A stretch of 64,000 nt of DNA. Source: Chloropicon primus. Taxonomy: Eukaryota. The stretch is from contig CP060762.1 of assembly GCA_023205875.1 (NCBI GenBank), positions 496,001 to 560,000 of the forward strand, in the 5' to 3' direction. Position numbers and translations under genes: made by a program. Below the pieces are notes generated by a model. The model saw nothing but the letters and a program-made list of their open reading frames with translations. It was not told where the DNA came from and made no database searches. Below, piece by piece: positions 31,199 to 39,613 of the stretch. How positions within the stretch are numbered: the stretch's first letter is position 1; each line of letters starts with the position of its first letter.

Positions 31199-32275
31199 AT
31201 GAGGATGAGGTTGGTGAGTCGAAGATGGTTGAAGGTGGCGACGATGGCAGTGGTGGTGCTGGGTCTCTGCGCAGCTGCGCTGACGACGGAGGCCGCGAAG
31301 CCGAAGAAGGCGCGGAGGGAGGGGGAGCCCTTTCCCAACTGGATGGGAGAGGTGAACCTGAACCTGGAGAACGGCGAGGGGGGCGAGGAGGTCGTCTCCG
31401 ACGCCGCGGGGGGGGGAGAGGCGCAGAAGAAGAAGCACGTCCTTGATCCGGACGAGGTTCCGGGGCCGAGCGGCTCGATCACGAAGAAGCTCGTGGCTTG
31501 GAAGCCGCGGCTGTTTCACTTGAGCGGTATCGTGAGCCCGGAGGAGGCCCAGTACGCCGTGGCCCTGGCCGAGAACAACTTGGACTCCTTCGACGTCCTT
31601 GACCCCCTTTACGAGCCCCAGGGGATCGTCACGCACTGGAGCATCCCTGTCTTCGACGATGACCTGGTCTACAACATCGTGAGGCGCGTCTCGACCATCA
31701 CCATGCTTCCCGTGGAGAACTTTGCGGACGTCGAGATTTACCGCTTCGGGGACTCGGACTCCTTCCTGGACGTGCACACGGACATCCTCCCTGGCATCAA
31801 GCGCGAGGACCCGGGTCTGCTGCAGCGGGATCCCGCGAGGAAGGACCCAGGCCAGAGGGTCGCGAGGGTCATGGTCAACATCGACCCAGGCAGCTCCATG
31901 GGCTTCGTGTTCCCGAGGGCTCAAAAGATGTACGACGCCCAGGAGGAGTTTAACATGGGTGACCCCGCGAACAAGTGCAGAGGTGCCGTGGGCGCGGAGC
32001 TGAAGCCAACGGAGACCCTCCTGTACCACACGATGGACACCAAGGGCGACGTGGAGAGGTATTACGGCGACTACAAGACTTGCACGAGAGATGAGGCCGG
32101 CTCCTCTTTCCACTCCAACGTGGGTTGGCTCATGGTCCTGAGCATCAACGCGTACTCTCACAACAAGTGCAAGGACGACAACGCGTCCTGCGAGGCTTGG
32201 GCGGACAGCGGGGAGTGCAAGAACAACCCAAAGTACATGTTCGAGCAGTGCAAGCGATCTTGCGGCAAGTGCTAG
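31199..32275 (+). CDS. Secreted or membrane-anchored prolyl 4-hydroxylase-like protein with C-terminal ShK domain, probably catalytically degenerate
   Basis: Signal/anchor sequence; WKPRLF...SPEE; HTD motif; C-terminal CKDDNASCEAWADSGECKNNPKYMFEQCKRSCGKC (ShKT). The distal His and 2OG-binding Lys are not visible. Confidence 0.8.
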   Translation: MRMRLVSRRWLKVATMAVVVLGLCAAALTTEAAKPKKARREGEPFPNWMGEVNLNLENGEGGEEVVSDAAGGGEAQKKKHVLDPDEVPGPSGSITKKLVAWKPRLFHLSGIVSPEEAQYAVALAENNLDSFDVLDPLYEPQGIVTHWSIPVFDDDLVYNIVRRVSTITMLPVENFADVEIYRFGDSDSFLDVHTDILPGIKREDPGLLQRDPARKDPGQRVARVMVNIDPGSSMGFVFPRAQKMYDAQEEFNMGDPANKCRGAVGAELKPTETLLYHTMDTKGDVERYYGDYKTCTRDEAGSSFHSNVGWLMVLSINAYSHNKCKDDNASCEAWADSGECKNNPKYMFEQCKRSCGKC

Positions 32276-32356
32276 AATTTAAGTGCCTTTTGTCCTTTTT
32301 TGTAATCCAAGTTTTCAGCCAAAAGCAAAAAATCAGGCTTGAGTAGCGGGGAACAG

Positions 32357-34819
32357 ATGCACTTCAATCCCTCCCTCCCTCCCTCCTTGCCCCTTCCCCC
32401 CCCCCATTGCCCTCCTGGCCACCATCACCACGGCCCTCTCTCTCCAATTCCTGGGTTCCCGCCCTTCTCTGACAGACAGATCCTTCTTCGCCGCGCGATG
32501 GAGCAGCTGGAGGGGAAGGTAGAGGCGCTGCGTCGCAAGGTGAGGAGGGGCGGGAGCAACCACGACAACGACGGCGGAGGAAGGATGACCGCAACCTCCG
32601 ACCGCGGCTCCTCACCCTCGTGTGCCTTGCTCCGTGACGCACTCGACGTCTTGCGGCCGGAAACGAGTCAAACGTGCAGAGACAAACTCGTGGTGATGGA
32701 AGAGGCGGGGAGGGCCGCGGCGTACCTAGCGGTGCAGAAGGAGGCGGCGGAGATCGTGCAGAGGGACTTCGTGAAGGTGTTATGCGAAGAGGACGGGAAG
32801 GAGGGAGACATGCGGGAGGGTTTAACTCTCCTCGTCGAGGCGGGGACGAGCTTGGCGAGCTTCATCGACGGGGGGGAGGGTGGTGGTGGTGGTGGCCCTT
32901 CCTCGGTTGGTGCGACCTCCTCCTCGAAGGAGTTCAGGCCGTTCGCCGCCCTAAGCGCGTGCTGGTCGGCTGCTGGGAAGATCGCGCCGGTCATGACGGC
33001 GAGAGGCTTGTGGCACTGCAAAGAGAGCGAGGCGGAGGAGGTTGTGCTCCTCAAGTGGCTCCTGCCCAAGGTGAGCGCGGAGGCCGTCAAGTACGTGAGG
33101 GGAAGGGGGGACAAGAAGGTGCAGAAAGTCATGAAGTTCTGGTTCCAAACCTTCAACAAGCTGTTCAACTGCAAGGACTTGGAGGAGTCTCCTTTGCACA
33201 AAACGAGCGGATCGTTTGCGGGGTACGGGGAAGTGGTTCCGCTGTTCCACTCGGCATGCTTGAGCGTGGAGAAGGCGATACGTGGGGTGAAGGAGGGTGC
33301 GAACGAGCTCAGGGCGGCCGTTCTTTCCAAGATGATGCCTTTCTCGTCCTTCATCTTCCAGGGAGACCACAGCACTTGCGCTGAGAGCGGACCGAAGGCG
33401 GGCCCGCAGCTGATCAAACTGCTCTTGGCGGCGCCGGGAGAGGGGGGGAGGCACCTCCTCGTGGAGGCCCTCTCCCATTACGGGAACAAACTTGACCTGG
33501 ACTGCTTGGAAACTCTGGCGCCTGAGCTCGTTTCGATTGCGAGCGACACCATTCTGAGCCCAAGCACCTCTGCGCCGGTTCGGAACAGGGCAAGCAAGGT
33601 GGCCATGAGTGTGATGATGCAATGCGCGCAGAGAAGGTCCCTGTGGGACAAGGTGGAAGTGTCCGTCCTCAAGATTTTCGCGAGGACGGCGAACCCTGTG
33701 AAGCTCGGCGCGACGCTGGACATTTGGTGCGAAGTGCTAAAATTCGCGTCGTCCAGCAGCTCGGTGCAAGGCAACAAGCTCGTGAGCGTGCACTTGGCGC
33801 ACTTGCTGGAGTGCATGCTTTTGGTTGCCCCCAACTCGGCTGAGTCCAGGAGAAGCATGATCGTCTCGGAGCAGCTTGCTGCTGTGATTTGCAAGCTTGT
33901 GGAACAAAAGGTGATTGCGAAAGACGTGCTGACCGGTGCGCTGGAATCCTTTGAGAAGGACCACCACGGCAATTTCGAGAGCAGGCTGGCTTTCTGCGCG
34001 ACAAAGTTGTGCCTGTCCCAGTGCTGCCCAGAGCTCCTGGCCAACGTCCCCAGGGAGAATTTGATTTCGGTTTGCCGGGGCGGTAAGAGGGGCAGGGATG
34101 ACTCTCAGGTCGCTATGGATGCCCTTCAGGAGATCCATTCGGCGAAGAGGTCCAAGGCCTGGCGCGATCACGTGACGAGCTGCGCCTTGGAGCTCCTTGC
34201 GCAGACTTCACTTGAAGCGCTCAGCCCAAGCGATGTGACGCGCTTGGAATACCTTCTGTCGAGGTCCACGGAAGACCCTCATCTGAAGCACTACTTGGCC
34301 AGAATCGTTGGCAAGATGCCAATCCACAGGCGCCAAGAGGAGCACTTCCACGACCTGTTGCAGTCCCGCAGCTTTTCCCTGGTGCACTTGGCCATGGAGT
34401 CCCTGACCCAAGTCTGCAAGAGACTCCATGGAATGGGCCAAGACTTTCGCCACCTGGTGCCAACCCAAGTTCACGATTACAAGCAAGGCAGCGCCGGTGG
34501 GAAGTTCGTGAAATGCCTCAATGAGCACTTCAAGAGGCCCCTCCACCCGATGAGCCCAGACGCTCGCTCCCCTCGGGTGGTTGAGGAGAGGATCGGAGCC
34601 CTCCCTTGGGTCTGCTCCTCGGCGCCGGAGAGTGAGACGGACAGGAAGGAAATCGCAAGCGCCTTTCAGCAAGTGCGTCTCCTTCTGGATTTCATCAAGA
34701 GCGAGATGGCCTTGCACGCGCGGGACGACGATGTGACCAAAGCCGTGGAAACCTCGCTCAAGGCCGTCGGCCAGGAATTGGACAAGGCAGCAAATTTGGG
34801 AGGGGTACCGAGCGCCTAG
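32357..34819 (+). CDS. Helical protein, possibly FIGL1 partner FLIP/FIRRM (C1orf112, DUF4487); start may be 32498
   Basis: About 820-aa ORF. The segment FHDLLQSRSFSLVHLAMESLTQVCKR...FRHLVP resembles, from memory, the conserved C-terminal block of FLIP/C1orf112. The coding call is firm; the identity is tentative. Confidence 0.5.
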   Translation: MHFNPSLPPSLPLPPPHCPPGHHHHGPLSPIPGFPPFSDRQILLRRAMEQLEGKVEALRRKVRRGGSNHDNDGGGRMTATSDRGSSPSCALLRDALDVLRPETSQTCRDKLVVMEEAGRAAAYLAVQKEAAEIVQRDFVKVLCEEDGKEGDMREGLTLLVEAGTSLASFIDGGEGGGGGGPSSVGATSSSKEFRPFAALSACWSAAGKIAPVMTARGLWHCKESEAEEVVLLKWLLPKVSAEAVKYVRGRGDKKVQKVMKFWFQTFNKLFNCKDLEESPLHKTSGSFAGYGEVVPLFHSACLSVEKAIRGVKEGANELRAAVLSKMMPFSSFIFQGDHSTCAESGPKAGPQLIKLLLAAPGEGGRHLLVEALSHYGNKLDLDCLETLAPELVSIASDTILSPSTSAPVRNRASKVAMSVMMQCAQRRSLWDKVEVSVLKIFARTANPVKLGATLDIWCEVLKFASSSSSVQGNKLVSVHLAHLLECMLLVAPNSAESRRSMIVSEQLAAVICKLVEQKVIAKDVLTGALESFEKDHHGNFESRLAFCATKLCLSQCCPELLANVPRENLISVCRGGKRGRDDSQVAMDALQEIHSAKRSKAWRDHVTSCALELLAQTSLEALSPSDVTRLEYLLSRSTEDPHLKHYLARIVGKMPIHRRQEEHFHDLLQSRSFSLVHLAMESLTQVCKRLHGMGQDFRHLVPTQVHDYKQGSAGGKFVKCLNEHFKRPLHPMSPDARSPRVVEERIGALPWVCSSAPESETDRKEIASAFQQVRLLLDFIKSEMALHARDDDVTKAVETSLKAVGQELDKAANLGGVPSA

Positions 34820-34900
34820 GAGGCTTGCCAGATACAGAAGAAAAATACACACATACGCGTACACTACAACAACAAGCAAAGCATTAATTTACAAAATCGA

Positions 34901-37477
34901 TCACTTTCGCCCGCAAGCAGCCGTCCGCATGGCCTCGTCGATGATTTTCCTCATCTCCTCGCACCTCTGCGCGACATCTGGGCTGTCGAAGACGGAGCTG
35001 ACGACGGCCAAGCCGTCAGCATTCGTTTCCACCAACACGCTCTTTGCATTTTTTTGATCGATTCCCCCGATCGCCACGACGGGAATGTCGACGGCCTCTT
35101 TGATCTTCTTCACGGCCTCAAGGCCGATGAGCGTTGAGTCTGACTTAGTGCTGGTAGAGTAGCACGCCCCAGAGCCGACATAGTCTGCGCCATCCCTTTC
35201 AGCTCGCATCGCCTGCTCGGGCGTTTTCACAGACGCTCCTACAATCTTCATGGGCCCAATCATCTTCCTGGCGATTTTCACCGGCATGTCATCCTCCCCG
35301 ACGTGGACTCCATCCGCGTCCACGGCAATCGCGACATCGACCCTGTCGTTCACAATCACTGGCACTCCAAGTGGCCTGCACACCTCGATGACGGCCTTGG
35401 CCTGATCGATTAGATCCGAGGTGCTGACGCCCTTTTCTCTGAGCTGCACGATCGTCGCCCCGCCCTGCACAGCTCCTTTCACGGCACCAACGAGGTCTCT
35501 GCCACACCTGGCGTTGATCCTTGAATCTGTCACGGCGTAAAACTTGTAATTTGAGGCGCTCTTCAGCAGAGGGTCCCCGCAGGTTCTCAGCCCGTGGTGG
35601 TGCATGGGTCCCTGAGGACGCTGCTGGCCGCCCAGATCCAGGCCCTTGGATTCTGAAATCACCCTGGCCAGATACGTCTTCGCGGTCCTCACGGAGGAGT
35701 GGACGTCAAGCCCCCCTGCCAATCCGCATGCTATGGCGCTCCCGAGCGTGCACCCCGTTCCGTGAGAATTGTTGGTCTCCACCATCTCACTCTCAAGTTG
35801 GTACATTTGCTCCCCGTCGTAGAGCACGTCAGTGCCCGCGGACGATGGGAGGTGGCCGCCTTTGACTAAGACGCACTTGGGTCCAAACGCATGCAACTCT
35901 TTCGCCGCCTCCATGGCGTCCTCCACCGTCCTGATTCGGCCCTTGCCCCAGCCGAGAAGGATCTCCGCTTCCGGGATGTTTGGAGTCACAACGGTTGCCA
36001 CCGGAAGCAGCTCCTTGAGAAAGGCTTCCACGATATCCTCCTTCGCCAGAGCGTCCCCGCTCGTGGCCACAAGCACCGGATCGACCACGACGTTCGCCAG
36101 TCCTTTGCTCCTTACTAGGTCTGCGACCACGCTCACGATCTCCTTGGTCGCGAGCATGCCTGTCTTGATCGCATCGGTCCCGATGTCGTCCACAACCGCT
36201 TCGATTTGGGCTCTCACGAATTCAGGGTCCACGCCGCTGATGGCGCTCACTCCTTGGGTGTTTTGCGCCGTCAGTGCAGTGAATGCCGACATGCCGTACG
36301 CCCCGTACGACGAGCACGTCTTGATGTCCGCCTGGTTCCCTGCCCCTCCCCCTGAATCAGAGCCCGAGATGCAAAGAACCCTTGCGGGATTCCTCACCTT
36401 CTCGACAAGACCCTCGTTCTCCAGCAGAGCTCTGAGGACCTTCCAGGACTCCACCCTGAAGATGAGGCTGCCGGTCCCCGCCGCCCTCGCCTCTCCGGCG
36501 AGGTCGGAAAGGGATCGGTCTGGGGTGGCCTCCGCCACGCGGACTCCGCAAGACTTGCAGATGGCTTGGAGGGAGTCCCGCACCCCGCCCATGATGATGC
36601 CGACGTCCGCGGACACCAGGGCCATCAGGTCCCCCGTGGAATCGCCCACGAACAAGGTCTTGACCCTCCTGGCGCCCCCCGAGGAGACCTCGGCAGCGAA
36701 TTTGCCCATCAGCTCCGACTTGTCCAGAGGATCCTGGACCGTGCAGAGCAACTTGCCGTCCACGCAGACGTCGTTCTCCCACACGATCCTGTTGCAGTGC
36801 ACGCTCACGGACCCACCCACGTGGCGGGGCAGCTGGAGAGCCTCGCGCAAGAAGATCTCGGACCAGCACAGAGAGACGACGTGGACGTCAACCGCAGGCC
36901 TTCCGGGCTTGGGGTTCCTTTCCCTCGACAGGAGATCCGTCAGGAGCGACCGGGCCCCTTGCCTCAGCCGAATCTGCCTCGCGTAACGCCGGAGGGTCCC
37001 CGCCTCCAGACCCCTGAGGAGTCCAGTCCCCTCGAAAGCCTCGTTCATCCTCCTGTTGAACACCCTCTCGGCCTGGGAGTACTCGGTCACGCTGCTCGAC
37101 GCGGAACCTGCAGTCCGCATCAAGTCTCCGAACTCGGCAAAGTACCTCTCGAGAATCCCTTTCCACTTCTCGGCGCCCTCCTCCGCTGTGTAGAACCCCT
37201 CGGGCGACATCGCGTTGTCCTCCATCGCCGCTCTCGCGATGTCCTCGACCGTGTCCCTCTCCGTTATGGTGCCATCAAAGTCAAATCCTATGATGTAGAC
37301 ATCATCCCCATCTCTCGTCGAGAGGTTTGCCATCCCTCTCAACCTTTCGCGACAACGAAAGCGATGCGGCGGCGTCGTCGACCTCGATGTGCCCCTCGTC
37401 CACGCCGCGCCCCTCCCTCGCCCACCCGTTGCCGTCCCAGCCTTGCCACAACCAGGCAGCAGCATACCCCTCACCAT
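34901..37477 (-). CDS. Trifunctional thiamine enzyme: HAD phosphatase + HMP(-P) kinase (ThiD) + thiamine-phosphate synthase (ThiE)
   Basis: One uninterrupted ORF containing HAD motifs FDFDGTIT and [17 protein letters not shown]; ThiD motifs [39 protein letters not shown]; and ThiE motifs YAVTD, VQLREK, NDRVDVA, GVHVG, TSTK, VAIGGI. Probable ATG at 37477, followed by a transit-like peptide. Confidence 0.92.
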   Translation of the reverse strand: MVRGMLLPGCGKAGTATGGRGRGAAWTRGTSRSTTPPHRFRCRERLRGMANLSTRDGDDVYIIGFDFDGTITERDTVEDIARAAMEDNAMSPEGFYTAEEGAEKWKGILERYFAEFGDLMRTAGSASSSVTEYSQAERVFNRRMNEAFEGTGLLRGLEAGTLRRYARQIRLRQGARSLLTDLLSRERNPKPGRPAVDVHVVSLCWSEIFLREALQLPRHVGGSVSVHCNRIVWENDVCVDGKLLCTVQDPLDKSELMGKFAAEVSSGGARRVKTLFVGDSTGDLMALVSADVGIIMGGVRDSLQAICKSCGVRVAEATPDRSLSDLAGEARAAGTGSLIFRVESWKVLRALLENEGLVEKVRNPARVLCISGSDSGGGAGNQADIKTCSSYGAYGMSAFTALTAQNTQGVSAISGVDPEFVRAQIEAVVDDIGTDAIKTGMLATKEIVSVVADLVRSKGLANVVVDPVLVATSGDALAKEDIVEAFLKELLPVATVVTPNIPEAEILLGWGKGRIRTVEDAMEAAKELHAFGPKCVLVKGGHLPSSAGTDVLYDGEQMYQLESEMVETNNSHGTGCTLGSAIACGLAGGLDVHSSVRTAKTYLARVISESKGLDLGGQQRPQGPMHHHGLRTCGDPLLKSASNYKFYAVTDSRINARCGRDLVGAVKGAVQGGATIVQLREKGVSTSDLIDQAKAVIEVCRPLGVPVIVNDRVDVAIAVDADGVHVGEDDMPVKIARKMIGPMKIVGASVKTPEQAMRAERDGADYVGSGACYSTSTKSDSTLIGLEAVKKIKEAVDIPVVAIGGIDQKNAKSVLVETNADGLAVVSSVFDSPDVAQRCEEMRKIIDEAMRTAACGRK

Positions 37478-37553
37478 CGAGTGAGGCGAGGATTGCCTTA
37501 TCGAGAACGAGAGGCTGAGAATCAATGGTCCTTGGTGGTTCGGTTGGGGGAGC

Positions 37554-37820
37554 ATCGAGGAGAGAGGAGGAGGAGGAGGAGAGGGAATCGATGGGAAGGG
37601 AAGAATGGAGTGCTCCTCCTCCTCGCCTCTTGCCAATCATCCATCCCTTGATTCATTCTATCAAACCAAACCCTTGCTGCAACCCTTGCTGTGATGGATC
37701 GGATCGGATCGGATCGAGGAGAGAGAGGAGAGAGAGGAGGAGGAGAGGGAATCGATGGGAAGGGAAGAATGGAGTGCTCCTCCTCCCCCCCTGCCAATCA
37801 TCCATCCCTTGATTCATTCT
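37554..37820. repeat. Direct repeat, about 105 bp x2 (37554-37659 and 37713-37820; period about 160 bp)
   Basis: ATCGAGG...GAGGGAATCGATGGGAAGGGAAGAATGGAGTGCTCCTCCTCC...TGCCAATCATCCATCCCTTGATTCATTCT is present twice. Confidence 0.9.
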
Positions 37821-38017
37821 GCCTCTCTTCACATCTCTCTTGCTCCTCCTCCTTTTGCTCCATTGCTCCAGTTTGTGCTGAGTGAGTTGGCTCCCCTCGA
37901 GGGAGGAGCTGGCCGAATCTTGCCAAGGGTTTGGAGTCCAGGCGAAGAGAGGCGGCCTCTTTCGGTCCAGGAAAGGCCTCAGCCGGTGTCCCAGGCGCCA
38001 GAGGGGACGGTAGGGAG

Positions 38018-39192
38018 ATGGATACCAGTCCAAGTGACGCCAGCTTCCTTCCAGCCCTCGTCCCTTACGTGTTCACAGTTATCGTCATAGCTGCTGTGCT
38101 GAGATGTCTCCAAGCTGCAAGCTTTTCGAAACGAACGAGGCGTTACGCTCTGGCGTTGATGTGTCTAGGCGTCGTTTACCTCCACCTGTTCCCTGGCACT
38201 CCGCCGATACCACCGGACAGGCATTACTTCACCAAGGAGATGGAGGTGAGGTACTCGGAGCCGGAGGCCAATGCCACGACGACGACTTGGATAGAGACAG
38301 TTAGTTGGGAGCCAAGAGCTTTCGTGATTCACAACCTGCTCACGCCCGAGGAGTGCGAGGTAAGGATTCGAGCAGACTCACGCCGGCGGCCATCTGCCTC
38401 CACCGCAAGCCTGAAGTGCCGTCCACATCAACCCAGCCACCACGACCGCCATCGTCAAGAGCAACAACGAACAGCAAGTTTTTGTGACACACTTTTTTTG
38501 TTTTGCAGCACATCATTGAGCTGGGAAGAAAGGATGTGCAGCCCAGCCTCACCGTGGGTGGGCAGAACCAGACGGGGTACAGGACAAGCAGCGGTTCCTT
38601 CTTGATGAGGTACGGGCTATCGAGGACGCTCGCCGCCGTCGTCGAGCGCGTGTCGTTGCTCCTTGGCACACCGCCCTTCAACGGAGAAAGGGTTCAGCTC
38701 CTGCACTACGAGGTGGGACAGTACTACCTGCCACACACGGATTACTTTTTCTACGAGGGGACCGAGCCCACGAACACAAGGGTGGTCACCGCGCTGCTCT
38801 ACCTGTCGGATGTGGACGATGGCGGCGAAACGAACTTCCCCTTGGGTCGGCCCACGAAAGAATACAAGGAGAGGAACGCCGAGTACCTGTCCCGACCAAC
38901 GACTTGCCATGGCGTCCAGAAAGACCTCGTGGAAACGGCGGAGGTCGGAGACCTCTCCAACCTCCAGGGCGGGAAGCGTGCGAGGGTCCGACCGAAGAAG
39001 GGAAACGCCATCGTGTTTTGGGATGCACACCCCGGCTTCGTGAGGTCTGACCCCTCCAGCCTCCACGAAGGTTGCTCGGTCGCCCAAGGCGACAAGTGGT
39101 CGGCAACGTTTTGGATCTGCCAAGACCTCATCTCCCCTTACGAAGTCCTGTACGAGCTCGCGAACGCCAAGGATCGTGGATTCATCCCATGA
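38018..39192 (+). CDS. P4H: Prolyl 4-hydroxylase (membrane-anchored); intron 38360-38508
   Basis: SWEPRAFVIHNLLTPEECE|HII joined by a GTAAGG...TTGCAG intron; RTSSGSF, HTD, LYLSDVDDGGETNFP and SLHEGCSVAQGDKWSATFWI give a complete HxD...H and K set. Confidence 0.92.
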
Positions 39193-39486
39193 TGCATCGC
39201 GGACCGGAACGGGACGTCCACACGCACGCGTTCTCGAGGCCGGCGAGCGTCCCCGCTCCGGACCCAACCTCCTTACCTCTACCTCTACTTACCTTCTCCT
39301 AAAAGATGATCTATACGATTGCTTGGCGTGCCCGGCCGTTACGTTACGCTGAAGCTGAAGCTGAAGTGAAACGGCCCCGGGAGAGAGAGAGAGGAGAGAG
39401 AGAGCGACAGAGAAGAGGAGGAGGTGCGAGGGCGGTGCGAGGGAGGGGAGGACGGGAGGAAGAATACAGTGGTTGGGGCACCTTTT

Positions 39487-39521
39487 GCTCTTTCGAAAGA
39501 GCCGTCGCTCGAAGGAAGAGG
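39487..39521 (+). promoter_or_regulatory. Copy of the dispersed palindromic upstream element (others at about 630-663, 829-862, 7538-7570, 19669-19701)
   Basis: Perfect 16-bp palindrome GCTCTTTCGAAAGAGC, then 6 nt and TCGAA, about 95 bp upstream of the cyclase ATG. The repeat is observed; the regulatory role is inferred. Confidence 0.55.
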
Positions 39522-39613
39522 CGCCTCGCCTGCCTCAGAGGGAGAGGGGCATGGCGGACGCGCCCGAGCGTGAAGACTCTGCGCCGGAATAGAGTCGGTC
39601 GCGAAGGGAGAGG

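Noticed and set aside
37480..37900. Possible TPP riboswitch near the thiamine gene
   Set aside because: A GCTGAGA occurs at about 37514 but on the opposite strand, and the remaining aptamer core is not visible. An Infernal search with the TPP model would be decisive.
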